From assembly GCF_006345805.1 (NCBI RefSeq), contig NC_043023.1, positions 186,001 to 250,000 of the forward strand: DNA of 64,000 nucleotides, read 5' to 3'. Position 1 is the first letter of the stretch. Each line of letters begins with the position of its first letter. Position numbers and translations under genes: made by a program. Below, one piece after another: positions 1 to 12,899 of this stretch. Origin of the DNA: Octopus sinensis (Eukaryota). The notes beneath the pieces were generated by a model, which saw only the letters and a list, made by a program, of their open reading frames with translations, was not told the origin of the DNA and ran no database searches.

Positions 1-392
1 AAGTGGTAGTGGTGGGGACAAACACAGACAAAAAAAAACACACACACACATGCGCGCGCGCACACACACATGATGGGTTTCTTTCAGTTTCCATCTTTCA
101 AATCCATTCAAGGCTTTTGTTGGCCCAAGGCTATAGTAGAAGACACTTGCCCAAGGTGCCACACAGTGGGACTGAACTCTGAACCATGTGGTTGGGAAGC
201 AAGCTTCTTACCACACAGCCATACATACATATTTATCTTAAGTGCTAATATATTTAATGCATGCATCATTTTTCATAAAGATGGGGAAGAAAATATTTGT
301 CAGTGACCATTATTTTTGTATTTCAGCAAATATATACAATATTAATTACAAACTAATATTTTCTGCACTAGATCATTATTTCTTGTTATAAA

Positions 393-535
393 CAGACGTG
401 TCCAAAAGTTTAGAACATAGGTCTCAAAATTAGAATTTTTATATTAAATGTCCAATGTTATATTTCAATCGAATTGCACTTGGTCATAACAATTTTAATT
501 TTTAAGAAAATGTTCCAAACTTTTGGCCACGACTG
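393..535. mobile_element. Small Tc1-type MITE
   Basis: Imperfect ~27-bp TIRs: CAGACGTGTCCAAAAGTTTAGAACAT versus the reverse complement of the right end, CAGTCGTGGCCAAAAGTTTGGAACAT. TA follows the right end. Confidence 0.65.
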
Positions 536-1633
536 TATTCATATAATTCATCAAGTGTGAAGGTCTGTAGCTTAGTGGTTAACGTGTTGGGTTCAATTCC
601 TAGAGAAGATCATGTGTTGTGTCATAGAGTAAGATGCTTCATCCCGTGTTTCTCCAGTATACTTAGCCCAGTCCTAGAATAGCCCTTTCTTCTCTCCAGC
701 TGTTACATCTATTATATCCCATTGGGTCAAAGGCTGGAGGGCCAAGAAGGTGTCTCTGTCTGCTCACAACTATATAGGTACATAAAACAATTAAGGAAAG
801 CATGTTGTATTTCAGCAATTATGGGAGATAACTCCAGTGGTGTTTTAGTCTTATTATGATCTCATCAGTAAATTCTCATCTTCACTATAGTTATAGTTGC
901 CAAAATATTGAGAAAATCATGAAGCAAATATATAAGATTACTAAGAAATTTTAATGGCTAAATCATAGAATGAAGAGCTGCACCTATGATCTTTTAGAGT
1001 GCTTCCAAAGTTTGTGGATGGAAAGGAAGAAGTTATTCTCAGACATGAATTCTTACAGCAGTGTGAACCCTGCTAAAGAACAGGTAATATTCAACCACAA
1101 AATATTAATGCTCTGTCTGCTGGATTTCCACACATTTTCTTTTTTTTTATTGCTATTCAGGAGAAGAGGGCTGTTCCTATGGTCCTTCCTATGGCCTGCA
1201 ATGGTGATGAGAGAAGGAGAGAGAGAAAGATATCCTCAAATCAGAGACCTAGCCTAAATGCTTGCAATGAAGTGGATTCCATTTACTGATGAGGCAATAA
1301 TAAGACTGAAACATCCCTAGTGTTATGTTCTAATGACACTGCCACTTTTGCTAAATTTCACTTAAAGTCCTTGGTTGGGATAAAGCTACCAAAGGAGCCA
1401 CCTATTCAATGTGATGTGTAGTGGGTTTGAACCCATAACAACCTAATTACGAAGTAAATTTATTAACCACGCAGCCATGCATGAATGCACAAACATTATT
1501 TAGCGAATGTTTATGGCCTCATGTATGGTTGTGTGAGTTCATAGCCCAACATGGAACAGCAAACAGGAAGATTACCCTGATGTATCTAGCAACATGTCAG
1601 AATATCTACCCTAGACACCCTGTATACACATAC

Positions 1634-1758
1634 CTGCCAAGGCCAGCTATTGCGCCTGACCTCAAAGCCACCGATAATTCTATAGTTCCTCTGAGATCCA
1701 GATGGTCGGGTACCGCATCTTTCAGGAGATGGAAGATAGTCACTGCAGTTGGACACTG
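1634..1758 (-). CDS. Internal coding exon (125 nt, phase 1/0): zymogen activation site and N-terminus of a chymotrypsin/trypsin (S1A) domain
   Basis: Acceptor cttttctatcttttctAG at 1760-1759 and donor CAG|GTATGT at 1633. Translation (A)VSNCSDYLPSPERCGTRPSGSQRNYR-IIGGFEVRRNSWPWQ shows the canonical R|IIGG, the linker Cys and the WPWQ motif. Phase 1 matches the 15194 donor. His/Asp/Ser exons were not found in the window. Confidence 0.9.
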
Positions 1759-2232
1759 CTAGAAAAGATAGAAAAGCTATTAATGCGTGTCTGTATGCAC
1801 TGTCATGTATATACATACATACATGCATGCACGCATGCATGCACACTCACACACACACACACACACACACACTGGAATATGTAACACATTGCCTAAATAC
1901 CAATCTTGAGAAATTAGGTTTCTTAAAAGCAGAAAGGAGAAAACTGATTCAAAAACTACAGATCCAAGCCATCACGGGAACTGTAAAAATCTGTAAAACT
2001 TTCCAGAAGTTTATCATCTAAGTATATATGTGCATGAATAGATATGCAACTATATGCATGAGAATACATACACAAAACAAAACACACAAGTCTGCACATG
2101 CAATAACTCCAAATACTGCATATATACACACATACATGCAAAAATATGGTTTTGGTGTTGTTGAAATTCCACTGAATGGATCTCTCTCTTTTGACAAGAA
2201 ATCTTGAAATAAAACTGAATGATGATATACAT

Positions 2233-2270
<38 letters not shown>

Positions 2271-2308
2271 ACAACAGACAGACAGACAGATAGATAGATT
2301 GATAGGTA

Positions 2309-3507
2309 CAGGATGTTTGAGCAAAATTTGACAGTTTTCATAAAAGGAAAACACAATATCCTACCCCAAAAGTAAAGTATTTTGAAAAGTTAAAAGAACT
2401 ATCAACTAGATTATGGCTGGGAGATAACAGTGTTCTCAAAGTTGCCACATACAACTTCCACCATGATCTTAAGACAGCCCTCAAACCTGACACATGCATT
2501 CCTCACTCTGTCCCTGGGAAGATCTTCAAGCGCCTTTTTATCTTGGTCACCATCTCAGTCTTGGTGTTGCAGGCAGAGTGCTTGGTGTTTTTCTCAACCA
2601 TGACCCACACATAATAATCCATGGGATTACAATCAAGGGAATTAGGAGGCCAGGACTCTTTCTGGTTGTATGGCAAGGAGCCAAATCCTGCTGTCACACA
2701 TATGGCCTTCTAGTAGCAACCCTTTCCAGCAGTTTCACATAGCCATCTGAATTGAGCCCAAGGCCCTGTTCAGAATTGTGGATATGAATTTTGGTGTGCA
2801 GATGCAGTCAGAACACCTGCTGTGTCCCTTCCTGATTACAACAGCTTCATAGTCTCCTGTTAATTTTATTACTATGGCCAAGTCCCAACCCATGTTGCAA
2901 GTAACAAAGTCCACCTGGCACACTTCTTGGTCCAAAATCATTGTCTTGGGGTAGGTCCTGGATACATTGCAGGCCAATGTCTGTGATTAGATTATTGATG
3001 TAAGTTAACTTCTTTTTTCCTCTTCTTATATCACTATGAAATGGGCTCTACAAAACTAATTTGGCTGCATCCCAGTTCAGGGTGGTGCATGCAGTGATCA
3101 GATAGCCACAGCTGTCTTTGCCTGATCTTCTTGCTAACTTTTGGCAGGTCTTCAGGAGGGTATTCATTTATCATTTGTAGCTGCCATTTCACATTTAGGG
3201 CCATTCATAGCCTCCTGTACAGCCATCCATGTCATGTCTTACAGCCTTTACAGTGCTCAAAGAACATTGAGAAGCAGTCATGATGTTGGCATTTTGATAC
3301 CTGGTTTGAATCACCATGATACAAGTAACTCTTTTCTAATGTTCCTTTCAGATGGCTTCCAGTCTGCCATGTCAGCTAATTTTTTCTGAATTACATCTTT
3401 AATCTTTTATTCTCTCAAACACCGTTAACTATTCACCAGTGTATGTACATCAAGCTGTTCCTGAAAAAAGGGGACATAAATTTGTCAAATTTAGTCCGCA
3501 AACTCTG
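2309..3507 (-). mobile_element. Degenerate Tc1/mariner-superfamily transposon, probably DD37D (maT-like)
   Basis: TA-flanked imperfect TIRs (CAGGATGTTTGAGCAAAATTTGAC / CAGAGTTTGCGGACTAAATTTGAC). Minus-strand remnants QQDLAPCHT and WPPNSLDCNPMDYYVW. Many stops and frameshifts. Confidence 0.65.
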
Positions 3508-5009
3508 TAGATAGATAGATAGAAAGATAGATAGATAGATAGATAGAAAGATATGCACACACACACACACACATGCATATTTCTGTGTATATTTAAATAC
3601 ATGCTTACATAATTACACACATGCATGCGCAAATATGCGTGCGTATATATGTGTACATTTATGTTTAATGGGGAGTATATAAGCATGAATGTGTGTGTGT
3701 ATACACACAAATACATGTATGTGTATATTTATAAAAATATGAAAAATGTGTGTATACACGTGTGTTTGTATGCATGCATATATGTATATCCACTGGGTTA
3801 GTCACTATATACGCCATTTAAATTCAGCTTCAAACAACAGCCATAAAATTATAAACCCATAAAAGCAGACACAGAGACATAGAATTCCTGATAAATTACA
3901 GCAAACGATTTGCCGACTCCCTGATTTTTTCTGCACACTAAGCACACATCTGGTGACAATATTTTACGCCCCTCGTTCCACTTTTCCCAAAACTATTAAC
4001 TTAAAATTTGCTGGAATATATATTGTTTTGCTCAGTTCATCAATAATACGAGATTTCTGCTCCATGTTATTGTTTGTGCACTGACTGGAGCAGTGTTAAA
4101 CTCATTAAATATTTTTTAATTGCTACTTCGTTGCCGTTGTAGTTGCCATGATTTTCTTTACTTACTTTTGTTGAAACTTAAATGAATGTTGTGTGGCCAA
4201 GTTCAATGACATGGTTGTTAGATACAGTAAACAAAAATAAAATGGGTTTTTATATTAAATACATACATATATGCGCATATAGATACATATGTACTAATAT
4301 GTTTGTGTGTATATATGTATATACTCACACTGCATGTATATTTTTTTATATACTTACACGCATTTAGGCATGCCTATTTATGTACATACATATCTAATCA
4401 TTGTACCACGTTCTATATTTCGTGATATCAATCTTTATTGGTAACTTTTATCAATGTTATGCTGTATTTTATGGCTAAAACACACACACATACATAGACA
4501 CACACACACACAGTAATGACTGTGGCCATGCTGTGGCATCACCTTGAAGAATTTCTAGTCGAATGAATCGACCCCAGTACTTATTTATTTGTTAAGACTG
4601 GTACTTATTCTATGGGTTGATTTTGTTGAACCACTAAGTTACAGGGACATAACCACACCAACAGTGGTTTTCAGGTGGTGGTGAAGGACAAACACAGACA
4701 TGAGGGTGTGTGCGCACACACACACAGATATATGTATACGACAGGCTTCTTTCAGTTTCCGTCAGCTAAATCCACTCTTAAGGTTTTAGTCGAGCTGAGG
4801 CGTAAAAATGACAAGTTGGGACGCTAATCTGTTGTAGGGTTACTCATTTACAGCTATGTGGACTGGACCAATGTGAATAGAAGTGTCTTGCTGAAGAAAA
4901 CAGTGCGTTGCCCTGTCTGGGAATCAAAATCACTATCTTGCTATCGTAAGTGCAACATCCTAACCACGAGGCCATGCGCCTTTGCTCTTATAAATACAGT
5001 CATCACCAT

Positions 5010-5300
5010 CATAATGCTTACTCAGATATTTTCAACCCGCTCATGCTGTCCCCCTCGGTTCTGATTTAGTTGAGGGAGATCTTCAGGGAGGCATCCAGTG
5101 TCATTGGTGAGTTGATCTACATAGGCTGTGTTCAGACGACCTGTTCTTGTACGACTATGCTTTGGCATTCATAGCAATAGATCACTTGCCAGCTCTTGCT
5201 TAGCTCATCAATGATGTCCTGCAAAGTGCAAACGCCTTTCCCTTATAATGGTGGAAAACAGGCAGGAGATCTCCATATAGCTGTTTCTTGGAGGGATAAA
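5010..5300 (-). mobile_element. 3' fragment of an RTE/RTE-X non-LTR retrotransposon
   Basis: Minus-strand translation KKQLYGDLLPVFTIIRERRLHFAGH**...SDLLL*MPKH...GRLNTAYVDQLTNDTG resembles the RTE C-terminal IRERRL.FAGH...GRP..TYVD motif. Confidence 0.65.
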
Positions 5301-5324
5301 CTCTCCAAGATATATTTATATATA

Positions 5325-5883
5325 TTGGGTTGTCTGGAAAGTTCGTGCCAATTTATAGTAGCTTACCTTTCGACTTATTTTAGAACATGACTGAGTCCAT
5401 AAAATAGGATTTGACTACACCTCCATTTAGAGCACAGTTTAAGCTATCTTTTCAAGGAAGAAGGTTTATGTTCCTATAACCTGTGTTAAATTTGTAACCC
5501 TTTAAAATGGAAGATAAGAAAGTTCATTTTTGGCACTTGATGCTTTGGGAACCAGACAAAAATTGCTGCAGCTCGGCTGGGATGTGTTACCCCACCCTCC
5601 ATATTCACCAGATATTGCTCCTTTGGATTTCCACTTATTCAGGTCTCTGCAGAATAGTCTTAATGGTAAAAATTTCAATTCCTTGGATGACATAAAACGA
5701 TACCTTGATGAATTCTTTGCCATGAAACCACCTCAGTTCTGGGAAGAGGGTATTTTCAAGTTAAAGGAAAGATGGAGATGCATTGTGCAACAAAATGGTT
5801 CATATTTGGTTGATTAAAAATGTAATGGCAAGTATTTATGGACTTTTCTTTCCTTTAAAAATCAGCACTAACTTTCCGGACAA
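5325..5883 (+). mobile_element. Internally deleted mariner element retaining the transposase C-terminus
   Basis: ORF 5530-5817 contains LGWDVLPHPPYSPDIAPLDFHLFRSLQNSL...GIFKLKERWRCIVQQNGSY. TIRs TTGTCTGGAAAGTTCGTGCCAATTT versus the right-end reverse complement TTGTCCGGAAAGTTAGTGCTGATTT. Confidence 0.85.
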
Positions 5884-6421
5884 ATGTACAGCAATAAAAG
5901 TATTGGAAACATGTCTTTCATTTGTGACACACCAAGGTTGATGGAGGTGGATCAGCGGGAGACCTTTGAAAAATCTTTGCAGTGTTGCAGTATAACAGAA
6001 AAGTTCCAAATCAAGAAATAGGAACCGACTACAGACCATAAAATGGTAACTAGAAAATTTTATGGCATGTCTTGGATCGAAAACTTTTGGCATATGATTA
6101 AGAAGCTCGCTCTGTAACCATGCGTTTTGGGGTTCAGTCCCACTGCATGGCACGCCTTGTGAGGATTTTAGTAGACGGAAACTGTGTGGAATCCTGTCAT
6201 ACATGTATCCGTGTGTGTGTGTCTTTGTGTTTGTTCCCCACCACCACTTGATAGCCGATGTTAGTTTGTTTTCATTCCTGTAACTTTTCAATTCGGCACA
6301 AGAGGCTGATCAAATAAGCACCAGTCCTAAAAACAAGCACTGGCATCGATTTGTCCGACTAAATCCTTCAAGACAATGCCCCAGCATGGTCACAGTTTCT
6401 TGGGGTGTGTTTCTACAAGTG

Positions 6422-6453
<32 letters not shown>

Positions 6454-7287
6454 ATGTATTTCTGTGTCTGTATTTGTCGACCCCACCATAGCTTGACAAC
6501 CGATGTTGGTGTATTTACGTCCCCATAACTTAGCGGTTCGGCAAAAATGACCAATAGAATAAGTACTAGACTTACAAAGAATAAGTCCTGGGGTTGATTT
6601 GTTCAAATAAAGATGGTGCTCTAACATGGCTGCAGTCAAATGACTGGACCAAGTAAATGAAAAAAACACACAAACACGTTCATTCACTCATACATACACA
6701 CACACATACACACATAGACACACTCCATATACACACATTAAAAATTTGTTACTCTATGGAATTGATTTTCTCTCCAACTGCTTTGCTGTGGTTTCCTAAA
6801 TCACTATGTGTGTGTGTGTGTGTGTGTGTGTGTACAGAGACAGGATACAGACACACACACACTGTTGTAGCTGTTATTGTTAAAACAATGTTTTCAACAA
6901 TGTATGTGCGTACATCCGTGTGTGAATGTGTGTTTATGTGTGAGTGTGTATTTTCGATGCACTTCGATTTGTATCACCCCCATCAATCCCCACCATCTAC
7001 AACTAGCATCCATACTGGCAACAGCTACAACAGTAACAAAAATACCAGCAGCATCGCCAGTCACCACCACCACCACCACTACAACAGTAACAATAACCAA
7101 TATTCTGTTGATGGAGAATCTAGATCAAGGCTGTTTTGCTTTGACTGGGTAGAAATCATGCATCGATTAGTCTTTCTGCCTGTCTGCGTGTTTGTCTCTT
7201 GTTTCCCTTTTTAAATTGCTCTGTCGCTTTGCATGTCAGTTTGTTTGTCTAACAAGCCATCTGTCTGTTTGTCTGTCTCTCTCTACC

Positions 7288-7562
7288 TACTCTTTATTCT
7301 TTACTCTTTTACTGGTTTCAGTCATTTTACTGCGGCCATGCTGGAGCACCGCCTATAGTCGAGGAAATCGCCCCCCAGGACTTATTCTTTGTAAGCCCAG
7401 TACTTATTTTATCGGTCTCTTTTGCCGAACCGCTAAGTGACGGGGACATAAACAGCATCGGTTGTCAAGCAATGCTAGGGGGACAAACACAGACACACAA
7501 ACACACACCCACACACACACACACATACACACACACATACACACACACATACACACACACAC

Positions 7563-7596
<34 letters not shown>

Positions 7597-8075
7597 GTGC
7601 CCAGTGGTTAGGGCAGCGGACTCGCGGTCGCAAGATCGCGGTTTCGATTCCCAGACCGGGCGTTGTGAGTGTTTATTGAGCGAAAACACCGAAAAGCTTC
7701 ACTAGGCTCCGGCAGGAGGTGGTGATCCCTGCTGTACTCCTTCACCACTCTTTCTCCCACTCTTTCTTCTGTTGGCCTGCTCGCTTAGCCAGTGGGGTGG
7801 TGTCATTCAAAGGCTAAAACAATGCGAACGCATTGTGACCAGCATTGTGTAACAACATCTGATGGTCTGGTCGGTCACGTGATCACGTGATATATATATA
7901 TATACATATATACGACAAGCTTCTTTCAGTTTCCGTCTACCAAATCCACTCACAAGGCATTGGTCGGCCCAGGGCTATAGCAGAAGACACTTGCCCAAGA
8001 TGCCACGCAGTGGGACTGAACCCGGGACCATGTGGTTGGTTAGCAAGCTACTTACCACACAGCCACTCCTGTGCC
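7288..8075 (-). mobile_element. Dominant octopus-type tRNA-derived SINE, split by a nested SINE
   Basis: The tail (7288-7530) and head (7905-8075) match the family seen more than 20 times in the window: head GGCGCAGGAGTGGCTGTGTGGTAAG...GGTTCAGTCC, CORE-like CCTTGGGCAAG, internal (TA)/(TG)n, tail (GTAAAAGA)n. Confidence 0.85.
7597..7890 (+). mobile_element. Second tRNA-derived SINE family nested in the host SINE's internal (TA)n
   Basis: A-box-like CCAGTGGTTAGGG and B-box GGTTTCGATTCC (7640-7651), with (TA)n on both sides. Confidence 0.75.
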
Positions 8076-8579
8076 TACCTCCATGTTCTTTTATTTTTTT
8101 TTTACTTGTTTCAGTCATTTGACTACGGCCATGCTGGAGCACCACCTTGAAGGGTTTAGTCAAACAAATCGACCTCAGGACTTGTTCATTTTTTTTTAAA
8201 GCGTAGTACTCATTTCTGTCAGTCTGTTTTGCCGAAACGCTAGATTGCGGGGTCGTAAACGCACCAACACCGGTCGTCAAGCAGTAACGCGCACGCGCGC
8301 GTGTGTGAGTGTGGGGACAAACACAGATACAAAGACATGTACACACAAACACACACACACACACATGACGGGCTTCTTTCAGCTTCCATTTGCCAAATCC
8401 ACTCACAAGGCTTTGGTCGGACCAAGGCTATAGTAGAAGACATATGCCCAAGGTGCCACACAGTGGGACTGAACCCAAATCCTTGTGGTTGGGGAGCAAG
8501 CTTCTTACCACACAGCCATACATACATATCTTTCTATCTCTTTTCCTTGCGAACATATTTTGTTGACATAAAAGGCTAT

Positions 8580-8617
<38 letters not shown>

Positions 8618-8772
8618 TTTAGGTAAAAATGGTACAATTCGCAAGATTTCCTCCCGAAGTTTGGAATGTACATTGAGAGAGCTTGATGAACTTTGGAAAT
8701 AAATAGGAAAATAAATAGGAAACCAGTAAATCTGGTTACCATTTATCTCCGTGGCTCAACCACAACCCCATC

Positions 8773-8922
8773 ATGGAAGTCTTAATGAGTAATAAAGGAA
8801 AAGAGATTTGCTTCCAAAGATACATGTATACAAAGCAGATTGTAAGATCAACTACTGTCAGATGGAGATGTGTTAAGGCCCCTGTTGGGGTTGGGTGTCT
8901 TAATGTCAAGCAAAGAAGTTGA
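8773..8922 (+). pseudogene. FLYWCH-type zinc-finger fragment, likely a MULE transposase remnant
   Basis: Short ORF MEVLMSNKGKEICFQRYMYTKQIVRSTTVRWRCVKAPVGVGC fits the S.KG...GY.Y...RWRC...C pattern from memory. No downstream catalytic domain was recognised. Confidence 0.5.
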
Positions 8923-9624
8923 ATTGTTGAGAATCTTTTTAACTTAGGTCTTATATCTATTGTTTGAATTTCTTTGAAATAGGAAATATATGTTCACTGG
9001 GTTTGTAAAGGAGAGCAAAGCTACAGGAAACCAAAAGACGAATGAGCACAATAAGCAGTCAGCTACCCTACCCTAGTCCTAACCACTCCCAATGTAGGAT
9101 TCCTCACCATCCAGGTGACAGACACAGCCATAAGATGCATTACAAATCTATAGCAATTGGAAGGGCGTGACCCAACTGAAATAAACATTAACAACTGTGT
9201 GACTTGAGGGCTAAGGAGACATGAAAGTATCACCTCTGGAGTTTGCAAATGACCACTACATTGATATGTAACAGGACAGAATAAATTTGCAATCTATAAA
9301 TGTCTTTGAATAACCAGTCACTCATCTGGGAAGGCCTTGAAATCAATGTTACCATCTGGGGACTATGTGTGACCCAGTGATAATAAAAAGACTGAAAGGA
9401 AGTCTGCAATCAAATAACTTTACTCAACATTTTACAACTGAATCAGTGGAGGCAAAGATACCTCTCATTTACTTGACAATTTATGTACCACATTGCAAAA
9501 ATCACAATGTAAGTGTATGTCAAAGCAAAGTGTTACACTGTTGTACCATTGAATTACAAATATTGCTCATCTTTTATGCATGGGTAACCCTATAGCTTCC
9601 AACAGTACAACTGTATTCATCATT

Positions 9625-9905
9625 GCTTAGATAAAATGACAAAATTGTGGGTGTTAGGTCCCCATGGAGGGGTTTTTCTAACTTATAAGAAGATGAAATT
9701 TTATAAATATTACTTCATTTGTCTCTAATATCTGTGGTTAAAATTTCATCAACAGCAAAAATACATGAATTGTCATGGGGGTTCTGGCCCTTATGCATAG
9801 AATATAATTTCCAAATTTCATAAAGATCACTTCAGTACTTTTGACCTAGTTTTGGATCATAAAAGAAATGACTAAAATTTGGGAGTTAAGGCCCCCATTA
9901 GGATG
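9625..9905 (+). repeat. Copy of a ~250-280-bp repeat unit also present in tandem at 31850-32660
   Basis: Shared blocks such as ATATTACTTCATTTGT(C/G)TCTAA, GGTTAAAATTTCATCAACAGCAAAA and CCCTTATGCATAGAATATAATTTCCAAAT. Confidence 0.7.
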
Positions 9906-9975
<70 letters not shown>

Positions 9976-10388
9976 CCGCAGGAGTGGCTGTGTGGTAAGT
10001 AGCTTGCTTGCCAATCATATGGTTCTGGGCTCAGTCCCACTGCGTGGCACCTTGGGCAAGTGTCTTCTACTATAGCCCTGGGCCGACCAAAGCCTTGTAA
10101 GTGGATTTGGTAGACAGAAACTGAAAGAAGCCCGTCGTATATATGTATATATATATGTGTGTGCGTGTATGTTTGTGTGCATGTTTGTCCCCCTGGCATT
10201 GCTTGACAACGATGCTGCTGTGTTTATGTCCCCGTCACTTAGGGGATAAAATGACAAAATTGGATTCACACAGACAGACACGCACACACACACACGTTCT
10301 CAGTTTTATATATATAGATGTGTGTGTTTTCTTTTATTCTTTTATTTGTTTCAGTCAAGAGCCAGCAGTTATTTTTTTCAAAGCTATA

Positions 10389-10816
10389 ATGGAAGTGACA
10401 AAGGAGCATATTCGACATATTTTGCTTTATGAGTTCAATAAAGGCAGCAATGGAAAGTGCGAGGAATATTAATGCAGTATATAGGGGTCGTACAATAAGA
10501 GTAAGCCAGTGTCAACAGAGGTTCCAGAAATTCCGAGCCGGAAACTACAGCCTAGAAGACGATCCTCGTCCTGGAAGATCTGTAGAGCTCGACGAGGACA
10601 TCCTGCAAACCCTGGTGGAATAAAATCCCTTCGTAACTGTTTGAGGAACTAGCAAAGAAGCTTGGATTTGGTCATTCAACCATTCATCAACACCTGTATG
10701 CCATCGGAGAAGTCAGCAAATTGGGTCAATGAGTTCCTCACAAACTTTCCGAGTCTAATCACGCACAGAGAGTGAATCTGTGCTCTTCTTTGCTGTCACG
10801 TCTCACGAACGAACCG
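10389..10816 (+). pseudogene. Mariner transposase N-terminal (HTH) fragment
   Basis: MEVTKEHIRHILLYEFNKG...ARNINAVY...FQKFRAGNYSLEDDPRPGRS...VPHKLSESNHAQRVNLCSSLLSRLTNEP, with frameshifts and stops. Confidence 0.85.
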
Positions 10817-11467
10817 GATGGCAGAGTGAGGGTGTGGTGTAGAAGGGGTGAAAGCTACAGAGACGTATGTGTCAGGGAGAGAGATGCGTGAGGTGACAAT
10901 AGAATCATGGTTTGGGGCCTGGATCAGAGAACTGGGCCTCATGTGTTCCAAAATGTTGGTGCAAGGAACGGCATCACAGCGCAGCGCTACGTTGACCAGA
11001 TCGTAAGAATTCACGTTGTGCCCTTTTTCGCACGTCACCATAGCCACAGCAGGACAATGTTCCCTCCGACAGAGCCAGGGTTACCATGATCTTCCTGCGT
11101 CAGCACATCAGAATCATGCCGTGGCCGCCTCTCAGCCCAAATTTAAACCCAGCCGAAAATCTGTGGGATGAAATCCATAGACCAGGTGGTCCCAAGGCAG
11201 CTTTCCCCAGGATATGGACACAAGTGCCAATGGCTTTTGTGAACCGCCTCATACACTCCTATATATACCACCCACACACCCATCGTGTGTACCGACGGTG
11301 TATGGCCGTTTTGAACACCCAGGGTGGGCATACATTACCAGAACACATGACAACGACCTATATACTGTGGATCCAAGAATTTGACTTTATCAGAATTTAT
11401 CTCTGGCATGATGTAATTAAAACATGCTTCACAGTCACATACATCTCGCGTTTCTTTTGCGGTTCAG
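10817..11467 (+). pseudogene. Tc1 (DD34E-type) transposase catalytic/C-terminal fragment with 3' TIR
   Basis: DGRVRVWCRRGE...IMVWG...TAQRYVD...WPPLSPNLNPAENLWDEI. Ends CGCGTTTCTTTTGCGGTTCAG|TA, a Tc1-like terminus. Confidence 0.8.
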
Positions 11468-11512
<45 letters not shown>

Positions 11513-11955
11513 CAATTAAAAATGAGGGTGTCTAAGAGACACCAACATGCCGAAATAGCAGTCGAAATTCTGACTATAAAAACCACGTTAAGTGTTCATA
11601 TCGTAACCATATCGTGCTTATGGGGTGTTTTGGCGGGCAATTTAACTGGCCGCGTGCATACGTACATATGTATTTATGTATGGACGTTCGTATATGTAAG
11701 TATATCGTTTGTTCTGCATATATATATCTGTATTTATGTACCCTTGATATATTCAATTGATGACGGTAAAGCTTATTTAAAGCAAAACCAGAAATCCTGG
11801 ATCTTGAATTATTCAATTTGCTTGTATATTTTGTCCCTCTGTCTTATCTCATGGTACGATATGAACACTTAATGATTACCTTTGTACGGTATTTTTTCCA
11901 TGCTGGCCACTTGATAATATTGATACTTAAATATCGATATTATCCTCATATATAA

Positions 11956-12008
<53 letters not shown>

Positions 12009-12106
12009 ATATATGAAGGGAAAGTTTACGAAAATAAACAAAAGACGAAGGCAGGTGGAGTACAAACAAACAAATGTATTAGTATAACGCTCAGGAATTG
12101 AAAAAG

Positions 12107-12144
12107 TCTTTTATGTTTCGAGCCTACGCTCTTCGACAGAAAGA
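12107..12144 (-). ncRNA. Decayed minimal hammerhead motif (GAGC/GCUC stem-II family) inside a (TA)n-flanked repeat (~12015-12420)
   Basis: UCUUU-CUGUCGA-A-GAGC(GUAG)GCUC-GAAAC-AUA|AAAGA. Stems I and II pair, but the core has A6U and position 16.2 is A. Confidence 0.5.
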
Positions 12145-12413
12145 TAAACAGAAAAAAAAACAAGGAGAGAAAAAAATGCGTGTAGGAGCTAACGATCTAT
12201 CATGGCGTCCTGACTTCGGACAGTGGTCAGACGGGAGAGGGACAGTAGGGGAGATAACAGGGTCAAGTGACTTCCAATACGAAGGTGCCCCCAACACAAA
12301 GGTGCGTGTGTGTATAAGAGAGTATGTATGTGCGTGTGAAAGAATGCTGGTGGTCTGGACGTGTGTGTGCATGTATGTGTGCGTGTGGAGATGTGGGGAT
12401 GGGTGTGTGGGTG

Positions 12414-12467
<54 letters not shown>

Positions 12468-12864
12468 TATGTTTAAGGGTTTAAGTTGAATTAATCGAGC
12501 CTGGTACTCATTTTATCGGCCTTATTTACCGACGTAAGCACACCAACACCCGTTATCAAGTGGTGGTGGTGGAGGACAAACACAGACACAAAAACACACA
12601 TACACACAGATACATATATACGACGGGTTTCTTTCTTATAGGTAAATTTTACAAAATATTTTATAATTATATACATAATTATAACAAGTGGTCGTCTTTA
12701 TGCCTCACCACGTACTTGCACAAAGAATAAGTTCAAGGTAAAATTACTATTTGCCTTTATAGCAAGTTGATGCTGGTAGCTTATCCCATCCTCCTTCGAC
12801 TTTTAGTTCATGCAATTGAAAAAACTGCATTATTTATGGGATGACTCAATATATAATGCACACA

Positions 12865-12899
<35 letters not shown>

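Noticed and set aside
70-306. Recurrent ORFs containing 'AIVEDTCPRCHAVGLNP' (also at 7887, 8301, 9906, 34412 and 39972)
   Set aside because: These are antisense translations of the dominant SINE head, not a gene family.
970-1257. Sequence searched for downstream protease exons (TAAHC, DIAL, GDSGG) between 1 and 1633
   Set aside because: No such motifs were found on the minus strand, so the catalytic exons must lie outside the window.
831-1325. Inverted ~43-bp pair containing CTGATGAG...GACT(G/A)AAAC
   Set aside because: Hammerhead-reminiscent, but stems I and II do not pair convincingly in either copy, so it was not called.
7597-7670. tRNA gene-like A/B boxes
   Set aside because: They continue into a ~290-bp SINE body and no complete cloverleaf was seen, so this is a SINE head rather than a tRNA gene.
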